Positions 21,275 through 31,459 of a stretch of DNA of 64,000 nt are shown piece after piece. The DNA lies in NCBI GenBank assembly GCA_964019335.1, contig OZ025763.1:62001-126000 (forward strand), written 5' to 3'. How positions within the stretch are numbered: the first letter of the stretch is position 1; each line of letters opens with the position of its first letter. Below the pieces are notes generated by a model. It ran no database searches, was not told the origin of the DNA, and saw only the letters and a program-made list of their open reading frames with translations. Made by a program: the position numbers and the translations under genes. Source of the DNA: Diplonema japonicum (Eukaryota; Protista; Euglenozoa: Diplonemea).

Positions 21275-22082
21275 CGATGGCTGTGGTGGTCGTTGCAAGA
21301 GCGCCTATTGGAAGTATTGGACCGTTCGGTTAACAGTAGAAGGAAACGAGGAGGCAGACCAACTCGCCCAGCGACGGCAGAGACAAGGAAACAACACAGA
21401 AGATAATCATGGGTTGCGGCAAAGAACCACCTAAAAGAAAAGCTGGGAAGCGGGAAATATTAGCAGGGTTGAAGAAGGAAAAGACATACAATAAGTGGGC
21501 AGGTAGAACGGAAGCACCAAAGAAGATGGAAGGGCTGAACAGGAAGGAAGAAGTGCTGATCAACCAGCTAAAGACTGGGCACCATGACCTGCTAAAGGTG
21601 GGATACGCCGAGCAGCGAATTTGCGTGAAGTGCGGCCCCAACACGAAGCGAACCCCAACATCTCTTCCTAGACTGCCCGTCATCCAAAGCAAGCAAGGAC
21701 AAACACTTCGACACCCTGACGCTGAGACACACATCCTTGTGGAGAACCCACGAAAAGCAATCCAATATCTGGAAGACACCGGGGGGGACCTGCCCCCCTC
21801 CGCAACAACTCCACAACAACCAACTAACCTGCCGAAGTAGCATGCCAATCCGAAGGCGGCTGAGGGCCTTGAAGATTCATTCAGAATCCCGAGATCCCAT
21901 CCCAGATCCCCAAGAGGGTACAATCCTGTTTCTCGCAGAAACAAAGAACATACCAACAACCCTCCACCACAGCAGCCGACGAATCCGACGCAGCAGTGAA
22001 AATAAATAGAAAGCCCCCCTGAACAAGTTTTCCCCCCCCTATAACGTGATTTACAAAAAAAAAAAAGAAAAAAAAAAAAAAG
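21275..22082 (+). mobile_element. Degenerate 3' end of an RNase H-bearing non-LTR retrotransposon (ingi/I-group-like)
   Basis: GNEEADQLA (RNase H) at 21342, then INQLKTGH...CVKCG...HILV (C-terminal zinc knuckle region), then an A-rich tail at 22055-22082. Confidence 0.75.
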
Positions 22083-22189
22083 ATACTGAGGTCCGGCACC
22101 CGCAGTAACCAAAGAAAAAAAAAAACAAAAAAAAAAAAGTGTAAAGTACGCCAAATAGTGTTGCAACCAAAGCCCCATTATTTTATTTT

Positions 22190-22822
22190 TTTCCAATGAA
22201 AAGAGACAAGGAATGGCTCCAAAGATACCGAGTGTTGAAGCTCTTCATGAGCAGACAAGTGTTTAAAAAAAAAAAATCTTTTTTCTAGGAAAGGGCCATG
22301 TCATGTTAGGCCAAAACCCCTTTGAAACACCCTTGAAAAAGCAAAAAAAGAAATTGTAGCCGTCTAGGTGCACACCATAGCGGTCACAATGCACGCCTTT
22401 AAAACGCGCTTTTCAGAATGGTTTTTTTCTTTTTTTTTCTTGTGCATTTCTTCTCGCGCCCTGCCACATGCTGCAGGCACCCTTAAATAGTCTCCTTTTT
22501 TTTCCCCTTTTTTTTTGGCGTTCGGAAATTATACTTAATTCAGACCCCATATTTTTTGTTTGATCCCCGCAGGAGCCACTAAGGACCTAGCTCTTCCATA
22601 GCCTTGGTCGGGAAAAGTACTCTCCAAGCAGCTTTCGTCTCAGGGAGCTTGCAGTTTTATTTTTTTTCCAAATGAACGCGACAGAAGGAATGGCCCCAAA
22701 GATACCAAGTGTTGAAGTTTTGAATGAGCATGCAAGTGTTAAAAAAAATGGCTTCTGGAAAAAAAGGCCATGTTAGGCTAAAATCCCTTTGAAACACCCT
22801 TGAAAAGCAAAAAGAAATATGT
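22190..22822. repeat. Two diverged ~160-bp direct repeats (about 22190-22355 and 22666-22822)
   Basis: Shared blocks aaggaatggc..caaagatacc.agtgttgaag, catgttagg and ccctttgaaacacccttgaaaa. Confidence 0.85.
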
Positions 22823-23065
22823 CTCAACACACTTCCATTGGCTCCACACAGCCCAGCTGGGGGGGTCGGTCTGGCTAGACCAAGAGGAGGTGGAATTTAA
22901 AAAAAAAAAAAAAAAAAAAGGTTTTGAAAACCGGATTTTTCGGTTTTTTTGACGTTTCTAAAGGGCATGTCCCCTCCCCGTTCTTTTGATTCTAACGTTT
23001 TCATTTTTTTGCGATATTAACAATAAACAACAGTACCGCACCACGTGACACTGTCTACAGGGAAG

Positions 23066-24613
23066 ATGACAAAGACAATATGCGTTTTTGGAAGCGCCTC
23101 AGATGTCGGGAAGAGTGTAACAGCAGCAGCCATAGGGCGGATCCTCCACAGAGAGGGACTGAAAGTGTGCCCCTTTAAAGCGCAGAACATGTCGAACAAC
23201 GCAGGGGTGGTGCGTCGGAGTGTGGAATCGGGTGTGGGGGAGATAGGCAGGGCGCAGGTCGTGCAAGCAGAGGCTTGCTCTGTAGAACCAGAGACAGACA
23301 TGAACCCGGTACTGCTGAAACCTTCTTCCGACAGGAGTTCGCAGGTAGTGGTGCATGGCAAAGTGTTGGGTGACGTTGAGGCAAAGCTGTTGTGGCAAAA
23401 AGGCGGTTCAACTCAAAGCCCTCTGCGGGAAGCAGCTCGCCAGTCTCTTAAACGGCTTGAAGCAAGGTTCGAGGTCATAGTCGCAGAAGGCGCAGGGAGC
23501 TGCGGGGAAGTGAACCTCCGTGACAGGGATTATGTAAACTTCGATGTAGCACACACAGCGGAAACAGCAGCGGTCTTGCTTGTTTGCGACATCGAAAAAG
23601 GCGGTGTCTTTGCACAGGTTGTCGGCACGCTTGCGGTCCTCCCCCCAAAGGACAGACAGCTTATCAAGGGCATCATCATCAACAAGTTCAGGGGTGACGC
23701 GTCTCTCTTCGACGACGGGAGGGTTTGGCTCGAAACTGAAACCGGGCTCCCTGTGCTCGCCGTTGTCCCGTACTTCGACCCGTTGGACGTGAAGGGCGAT
23801 GGAACACGCTGCATCATCGACGCGGAGGATGGCTTGCACGCAACCGCGCGTGTGGACCCCACACAGGTGACCGCGGGGAACGTGATGCGCATCGCGGTGA
23901 TACTGCTTCCCAGGATCGCCAACCATACCGACTTCGCTCCCCTCCATTCCCATCCAGGCATCGAACTGGACTGGCTGCGTCTTCCACGCGACTTAGGAAG
24001 GTACCACATGGTCATTGTACCTGGGAGCAAGTCCGTCATCAGCGACCTGACGTGGCTCCGCGAAGTTGGATGGGCTGAACAAATTAAAAACTACCATCAA
24101 ACACCCAACACAGTTCTTGTCGGCGTGTGCGGCGGCTACCAAATGCTAGGCGCACGGTTGAAGGATGCATCTGGCATCGATGGGTGTGCTGCAGAAGCGG
24201 AAGGGTTAGGGTATCTGCCCGTGGTTACGGAGATGAGCCCAGACAAAACACTACTCCAGGCGGAAGGCACGTGGGCGTGCGACAGTGTCATGCCGATGGG
24301 CACGAAGGTGAAGGGGTACGAGATCCACTGCGGCCAAACAAAGGTTCTCGAGAGTGGTGGGCATGTGGTAGACAGCGACACAGGCAGTCCTGGGTACGTG
24401 AAGCTCAACGAGAACAAGTCAATTGTCCTCGGGACCTACCTGCATGGTGTCTTCGACAGCACTTGCACCGATGCCATGCTGGCTCACATGGTACCTGACG
24501 TGCCCCGCACAGTGCGCCCGTCGACGACGGATTCGTATGATGCCCTTGCTGACCATTATGACAAGGCCCTAGGTGAGGGCGGCCGTAAGGTGCTTTTGAG
24601 CCTCGTTTCTTGA
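23066..24613 (+). CDS. cobQ: Cobyric acid synthase (adenosylcobyric acid synthase, CobQ/CbiP)
   Basis: GSASDVGKS, PFKAQNMSNN, GEIGRAQ, DMNPVLLKP, EGAGS..EVNL, DIEKGGVFAQVVGT, INKFRGD, LPRIANHTDF; GATase GVCGGYQMLG, GYEIH and GTYLHG. ATG at 23066 follows an AG at 23059-23060. Confidence 0.95.
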   Translation: MTKTICVFGSASDVGKSVTAAAIGRILHREGLKVCPFKAQNMSNNAGVVRRSVESGVGEIGRAQVVQAEACSVEPETDMNPVLLKPSSDRSSQVVVHGKVLGDVEAKLLWQKGGSTQSPLREAARQSLKRLEARFEVIVAEGAGSCGEVNLRDRDYVNFDVAHTAETAAVLLVCDIEKGGVFAQVVGTLAVLPPKDRQLIKGIIINKFRGDASLFDDGRVWLETETGLPVLAVVPYFDPLDVKGDGTRCIIDAEDGLHATARVDPTQVTAGNVMRIAVILLPRIANHTDFAPLHSHPGIELDWLRLPRDLGRYHMVIVPGSKSVISDLTWLREVGWAEQIKNYHQTPNTVLVGVCGGYQMLGARLKDASGIDGCAAEAEGLGYLPVVTEMSPDKTLLQAEGTWACDSVMPMGTKVKGYEIHCGQTKVLESGGHVVDSDTGSPGYVKLNENKSIVLGTYLHGVFDSTCTDAMLAHMVPDVPRTVRPSTTDSYDALADHYDKALGEGGRKVLLSLVS

Positions 24614-24713
24614 ATAATTAAAGACGTCCGAAAGTTTTACATTCTCCAGTTTTCGCTTTCGCTCACAATTTTTGCTTTAACATTGCACTATCACAGGTAC
24701 CAACCACAGCAAC

Positions 24714-27110
24714 ATGGCCAGAGCCTGCCTCGCGCTGTTGCTCCTACTAGGTACCGCACTGGGGCAGTTTGCGGCTGACTGTCCCAGCCAGTCCCTGCTG
24801 ACCACCCCTATTACCATTGATTATCAGATGGGCTCCGACCAAGCTGTCAGCAAACCAGCGGTCCACTTCACCGTGAGCTTCCCAACAGGTTCATGGGCGG
24901 CGATCGGGTTCAAAGCCACCGGAGGAGCGGGGAGCAAAATGACTGGTTTGAACATTATTGCATTTGACTCGGCAACCGCTCAAGTGCAGAACACGGATGT
25001 ACCCACCGACAACGTGAAGCCTGCCATCGGCACGCTGCGCTCGACGTACGACACAATGAGCTCTTCGGCAGGAACCACAACGTTGAAGTTTTATAGAAGG
25101 CTCGATGAAATGGACGGTAGTTTCGTGATACCCACCGGAACAGGCTTCACAGTGGCATGGGCGACGGGTTCTGGCGCTGTGGCAGCATGGACTGGACACA
25201 CCGCCAGGGGGTTCGTTGAAAACACAGTCTTCACACCATGCACAAGTGCGCCTGATACCCCTGCTCCAGCAACTCCAGCACCCCCCACTGCCTCTCCTAC
25301 AGGACAGTTCATTGCGGAGTGCCCCAGCCAGTCCTTGCTGACCACCCCAATCATAATCGACTACGAGATGGGTACTGATCAGGCAGTATCACGCCCGGCA
25401 GTGCTCTTCACTGTCAGCTTCCCGACTGGTTCGTGGGCGGCAGTAGGCGTCAAGGACACTGGGGGTGCAGGAAGCAACATGACCGATCTGAACATTGTTG
25501 CATTTGACTCGGCAACCTCTCAAGTGCAGGACACGGATGTACCCACCGACAACACGGAGCCTGCCATCGGCACATTGCTCAGCTCATATCTTGACATGAG
25601 CAACTCAGCCGGAACAACCACACTTCGATTCTACAGAAGGCTTGATGAAATGGACGGTGGCTTCGTGATACCCACCGGAACAGGCTTCACAGTGGCATGG
25701 GCGACAGGTTCAGGTACTGTGGCAACATGGACCGGACACACCGCCAGGGGGTTCGTTGAAAACACTGTCTTCACACCATGCACAAGTGCGCCTGATACCC
25801 CTGCTCCAGCAACTCCAGCACCCCCCACTGCCTCTCCTACAGGACAGTTTACTGCGGAGTGCCCCAGCCAGTCCTTGCTGACCACCCCTATCGCGATTGA
25901 CTACGAGATGGGTACTGATCAGGCAGTATCACGCCCGGCAGTGCTCTTCACTGTCAGCTTCCCGACTGGTTCGTGGGCGGCAGTAGGCGTCAAGGACACT
26001 GGGGGTGCAGGAAGCAATATGACCGATCTGAACATTGTTGCATTTGACTCGGCAACCGCTCAAGTGCAGGACACGGATGTACCCACCGACAACGTGAAGC
26101 CCACCATCGGCACATTGCTCAGCACATATGTAGACATGAGCTCCTCGGCGGGAACAACCACACTTCGATTCTACAGAAGGCTTGATGAAATGGACGGTGG
26201 CTTCGTGATACCCAACGGAACAGGCTTCACAGTGGCATGGGCGACAGGTTCAGGTACTGTGGCAACATGGACCGGACACACCGCCAGGGGGTTCGTTGAA
26301 AACACTGTCTTCACACCATGCACAAGTGCGCCTGATACCCCTGCTCCAGCAACTCCGGCACCGGCAACCCCTACCCCTCCAGCACCGCCAACGCCAGCCC
26401 CTGATACTCCTGCGCCAGCAACTCTGACGCCAGGTGACACTTACCCTCCGAATACTCCTGCTCCGGCTACGTCAGCACCTGCTACACCAGCACCGGCGAC
26501 GAATGTACCAGTAACTCTAACGCCGGGTGACACTTACCCTCCCAACACTCCTGCTCCTGCGACATCTGCGCCCGCAACACCGGCGCCCAATACTACTGCA
26601 CCGGCTACCTTAGCACCGGGTGATACTTACCCCCCCAACACCCCTGCGCCTGCAACACCCGCGCCCAACACTACTGCACCGGCCACCTTGGCTCCTGGTG
26701 ACACGTACCCTCCCGACACCCCTGCCCCTGACACACGTGTTCCGCTGACAGACAACGACACGTACCCCCCAGACACGCAGGTTCCGGTGACCTTGGTGCC
26801 GGGCACGACGTATGCCCCCGCCACGTTGGTGCCCTTGACAGGGAATGCGACCAACCCGCCAGACACAAGGGCGCCTTTGACAGGAAACGACACCTACCCT
26901 CCTGACACCTTGGAGCCCACAGCAGTGCCTACACCCGCACCGAGCAGTGATGACAGCCCGTCTGTTATCGTGATAATCGGGATTGTGGCTGGGGGGCTCA
27001 TTGTGCTTCTTATTTTGGCGGCTGTTGCCAAGTTTCTGTTCTGCAAGCCCGAAGTGCTGATGTTCAAGGATCTCGGCGAGCCTGCTTTGGATAGGATTAC
27101 TGAGGTATGA
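24714..27110 (+). CDS. Type I membrane protein: signal peptide, 3 tandem DOMON domains, Pro/Thr mucin-like stalk, TM helix, short tail
   Basis: 540-bp repeats start at about 24762, 25302 and 25842, each with WAA(I/V)G, a Met (KMTG/NMTD), FYRRL, VAWATG and a His (TGHTARG). PAPAT/PGDTYPP stalk. TM VIVIIGIVAGGLIVLLILAAV. Confidence 0.85.
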   Translation: MARACLALLLLLGTALGQFAADCPSQSLLTTPITIDYQMGSDQAVSKPAVHFTVSFPTGSWAAIGFKATGGAGSKMTGLNIIAFDSATAQVQNTDVPTDNVKPAIGTLRSTYDTMSSSAGTTTLKFYRRLDEMDGSFVIPTGTGFTVAWATGSGAVAAWTGHTARGFVENTVFTPCTSAPDTPAPATPAPPTASPTGQFIAECPSQSLLTTPIIIDYEMGTDQAVSRPAVLFTVSFPTGSWAAVGVKDTGGAGSNMTDLNIVAFDSATSQVQDTDVPTDNTEPAIGTLLSSYLDMSNSAGTTTLRFYRRLDEMDGGFVIPTGTGFTVAWATGSGTVATWTGHTARGFVENTVFTPCTSAPDTPAPATPAPPTASPTGQFTAECPSQSLLTTPIAIDYEMGTDQAVSRPAVLFTVSFPTGSWAAVGVKDTGGAGSNMTDLNIVAFDSATAQVQDTDVPTDNVKPTIGTLLSTYVDMSSSAGTTTLRFYRRLDEMDGGFVIPNGTGFTVAWATGSGTVATWTGHTARGFVENTVFTPCTSAPDTPAPATPAPATPTPPAPPTPAPDTPAPATLTPGDTYPPNTPAPATSAPATPAPATNVPVTLTPGDTYPPNTPAPATSAPATPAPNTTAPATLAPGDTYPPNTPAPATPAPNTTAPATLAPGDTYPPDTPAPDTRVPLTDNDTYPPDTQVPVTLVPGTTYAPATLVPLTGNATNPPDTRAPLTGNDTYPPDTLEPTAVPTPAPSSDDSPSVIVIIGIVAGGLIVLLILAAVAKFLFCKPEVLMFKDLGEPALDRITEV

Positions 27111-27463
27111 TTTTCACCCTTCCCAACAAGAACATGTGTCACTGCACCCCAACCACAGTCTGAGAAGGAGCTGCAGGAGTACTATTCGAACAAAGGGCAG
27201 ACACCTGCCTACAATGCCTTTAACGACCTGTGAACACGGTGACTGTGTTAGGAAAAAGAGAAAAAAAAAAGGGAAAAAAAAAACAGTTAAGAAACGCGGT
27301 TATGCAAAAAAAAATTGAAACTTTTCTTTTTTTTTTTTTTTTTTTAGAATTTTTTTTCTTTTTTTCTTCAACTTAGACCAAAAGGGGCCCGTGTGACACT
27401 GTTGTTATATGGCTTCTGTTTTGTTGAGAGGAAGAGGGAGTGGAAACCCTTTGCTGCGCTGCA

Positions 27464-27500
<37 letters not shown>

Positions 27501-28504
27501 GAAAGAAAAAAGCTTGTGACTTCGACCGCTTCGCTGCTGTGCGATTCGTGTTGTTGTGTTGCATTTCGTCCCCCCTCCCCCCTTTTTTATTTTTCTTCTT
27601 TTTAGAGTAGACAGGGCAAAACAAGCGGGAAAGGTGGGGCAGAGGGGGAAAAAAAAACAAAGAATAGCAAAAAGAAACCCCCCCCCCACTTTTTAGAGGA
27701 AATCTTTTTTTTCCCCCTTACGATGCGAAAAACACGGGTCTTTCTTCTATTCTTCCGCATGTCTCAAAACAAAAAGAACACTCCCTAAAATTCTATTATT
27801 TCAAGCCGAACTAAAAAAAAAAAAAGAGAAAAAAAAAAAAAAACGAGGGGAGGGGGGGATGTGGTTGGGCAGTTCTTTGATTAGAAATGTTCTTCTTGTT
27901 CACCGTCAAGAGACCATCGCCGGCTTAACACCCTGCGGGAGGTCTCTTTTAGATGTACTGGTGAGCTGTACATGGAGGGAGGAGTCGTTGCTAGCGCTTT
28001 TCCCCCCTCCGTTGTTTGTCATTTGTTTTTGTTTTTCTTTTGTCTTTTATCTCTCTTTCTTGTTAAGTAATTTCCCACGCCCCCCCACCCCCCCCCCCAT
28101 CCTTTTTTGGGGAAAAAGAAAAAAATAATTAAAAAAAAAGATGAAATTTTGAGAGTTAAACTACCTAACCCCCCTTCCTCCTCCTCCTTCAGGTGAGTCA
28201 CACATTCGCTCTGCGCAACCGATTTCATCGCTTGAGTTTGTAGTTTCTGTTTTTTTTGTTTCAGGGGGCGTCTCACAAAGACTTCCTTTAACTCATATAT
28301 ATATTTGTTTTTTTTTTGTTTTTTTTTTTCTTTCCCGTATGCAGGTAATTTAATTTTAAAAAAGGGCGGAGGGAGGGGGGTGAGACGCAGAAAAGTGTGA
28401 AAGTGACGGAGGTGTGTGAAAAAAAGAAGAAAGGAACACGAAAAAAAAAAAGGGGGAACCTCTCATCTTTCCATTCTCTTCCGGATTAGTTCAATCTGTA
28501 TTCT

Positions 28505-28550
<46 letters not shown>

Positions 28551-28575
28551 AAACGATCACCACACTTACAGGTCG

Positions 28576-31362
28576 ATGCCCAGCTCATATGCACCATCAC
28601 GGTCGCCCCCCGGCTCCCCACGGGGGGGGCGGCTGTCGTTAGACACACTACGTAAGCTAGAGCGTATGGGCGAGAGAGCGTTCGCCCGAGGACACTACGA
28701 CGAGGCCACAGCACACACGACGAAGTGCATCAAAGCTCTGCAAGCGGAGCTGTCGTCGCTGCTGTCTTTGCGTGCTGCGATTCAACTTCAAAAGAAGGAG
28801 TTCGCCAACGCAAGCGCTGACGCAGAAAACGCCATCCAACTAAACAAAGGCTGGTACAAGGGACACCTACGAAAGGGCGCCATCCTGCTCGCAATGAACG
28901 AGCCGATGGAAGCAGCGGAGCACCTCGAGACTGCCTTGCAGCTCACCCCGCAGAACACAGAAGTGAAGCGAACCCTCCGCGAGGCGTACAAAGCCATTGC
29001 CAACAACTGCTACGAAAGCGGCTACTACGAGTTCTCGATGAGGTGGCACGACCACGCGATGGAGATTCTAAAATCGGAAAACACGTTGTCCGAAGAAGAG
29101 TTCGCCCAGCAGATGGCCATTTGCTGCAGCAACAGATCAGCATCAAACATGAGACAGGGCAACGTGCGTGAGGCGCTGCGTGACGCTGAGCTAGCAGTCT
29201 TCTACAACCCATGGTGGGTCAAGGGATGGCTTCGCAAAGGCCTTGCTCTCGCACAGCTGGGCACAGCTGCCGACATTGACGCAGCAATCGACTCCTTAGA
29301 AGAAGGCCTCATGACAGACCCCAAGTCACACGAGGCAAGGCTCGCTCTCGATAACATCAGAGAGAAGGGAGGCGGCACGACGCCCTTCGACACATCGTAC
29401 TCCTTCCTCGCACCCCAGTCGTACAAGGACGAGACGCTGCCCGAAGACGTTCCGCATTTCCACGAGGAGTGGGCACGGTACCAGTCGGAACGCGAAGGGT
29501 TCTCAAGGGACACGATCGACATGGGCATCAAGGTTCTCTACGACTCGTACCTGCAAGCGAGGAACATCAAGCTGCACCTCTTCTCGCTGGAGACGTACGA
29601 ATGGTCGGAGGAGGAGGACGCCATCTACCACAGGGTGGGCTGCAGCGAGAGGGGTCTCGAGTGGTTCAAGGCCAAGCCGTCTCTTGGCGACGTGCGCGAC
29701 TGTAACCCCGACACGAACCTGAAGCCGCCTGCAGTGGTTAAGAACAGGAGCTTTGCACATTATCCACCGCTGAAGCTCACCATACAAGTGCACCGCACGG
29801 TGAGCATGGTGATGTTCCAGTTTGTGGACCTGATGGTGCCCTTGCTGTCGACGGTTGTCTATGCTGACAGCGCTAGCGTGCTGGAGATCATCGGGTACGA
29901 GTCGAACACATATGCTGTGGCCAAGGCCGCTGTCATCCTGGAGATGCTCCAAGGAGGTGCGCCGCTTGAATCAGTCATCCAAGTGTGGATGAGCTCCGGG
30001 TGGTCCCACACCACAGAGGCTGCCTTCAAGCAGGCATGCATAAAGCTGTCGAAGTCCACAGCCGACCCTGCCTCGCTGAGCCAGGCCGAGCAACGCGACC
30101 AGAAAGAAGGACCTGTCCCCTACGAGGCTAAGGTTATCATCCAAATCTGGAGCGGGGTAGAGAGCATTCCACGACAGACCTCGCTGTCGAAGTGGCGTGA
30201 GTCGCACAGCAGGCAAGACCTTGGCTTCCTGGCTGCGAACCTGAAGCATTGCCAGGACAGAGTAGAGTACTGCCAGTACTTCCTGACAGGGGAACTCTTG
30301 CAATGCGACGTTGGCAGCATCGTCATGTTCTCAGAGTTCTCAAAAGTGCAATCCATGACCAACTCCGAGTCTATCATGCAGGCTATACCCCTAGCGCATC
30401 TGGAGATAGCACATTACAGGGAAGGTACCTTGCTTCAGGTATGGCACATCCTTTCTAACACACCAACACCGACAGACAATTGTGGACGTGTTCAAAAGAC
30501 GCCTGCACATCATGAGGCTCCGCTTGAAGAAGAGAAGGCTCAAGATGAAGTTCTACCTCTCGCCGGCATTGAGCTCATCAGCCTTGAACGAACCCTCCGT
30601 CTTGCGCAGCCTTGATCAGGTGAAGAAGCACAAGGCGTCGCACTTCTACTGGGGGCTGCTCCCCGATAAGCTAGGCGCCACGGGGATGCAGGAGATCATC
30701 GAGCGATGCGGTGCCAAGCATTGCAAGAACTACGCGCAGTCGCTGCAGGTATGCTGAGTAATAATTGTAAAAAAAAAAAAGAAAACTAAACACAGTGGAG
30801 CAACTACACGTTTGGCGCACACTTGCTGGACTACGGGCGCGAGGCAAGGTGCGACCTAATCGAAAGCTTGTGGCGTGAGGCGCAGCATGGCATAAAGGCG
30901 GTCGGGGCATCTTTCATGGTGGACCGCCCCTTCGCTCACCCGTTCCATCTGTGTGCTTGGGGGCTGGGGAGGAAGTATATGCGCACCTGGGTGCAGCAGT
31001 TCTTCCTCTCGTCACCAGACGCAGTCATCCATGATGTTACCTGCTCCGAGTTCAGCTCCTTCTCGCTGTTCCCGCTGTCGATGGCGTGGACTCCTCAACC
31101 TCTGCAGCATCAACGCGAGGGTGTGGTCAGGTGCGCCTCGCCCGTTGCACCGTTGCACGGGACCGAGTTGGGTGAGAGCACCATCAAAAACTCCCATGCC
31201 ACGACCATCCAGTGCCACACGTGCGACAAGGTGGTCAACCTCGAGGAGTCTCGACAGAACCCCAACAACATCTCGTCGGCACTCATGGGCGCGGAGCGCT
31301 TGGATGTCATGGTCAACGTGTTCGACGAGGGCAGCGAGACCACACTGGAACACGATGCGTAG
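28576..31362 (+). CDS. TPR-repeat protein with a large unassigned C-terminal domain; exons 28576-30438, 30476-30748, 30796-31362
   Basis: TPR motifs (WYKGHLRKG, CSNRSA, WVKGWLRKG). Two phase-0 GT-AG introns of 37 nt (with ctaac) and 47 nt join three consecutive ORFs in frame. Confidence 0.85.
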
Positions 31363-31459
31363 ATTAGACTATTTTCTTCTTTTTTCTTTTGTGATAGATT
31401 TGTAATTATTTAATATAAGTTTAAGAGTCATTGCTTCCTACCCAACGTCAACAGGTGAG

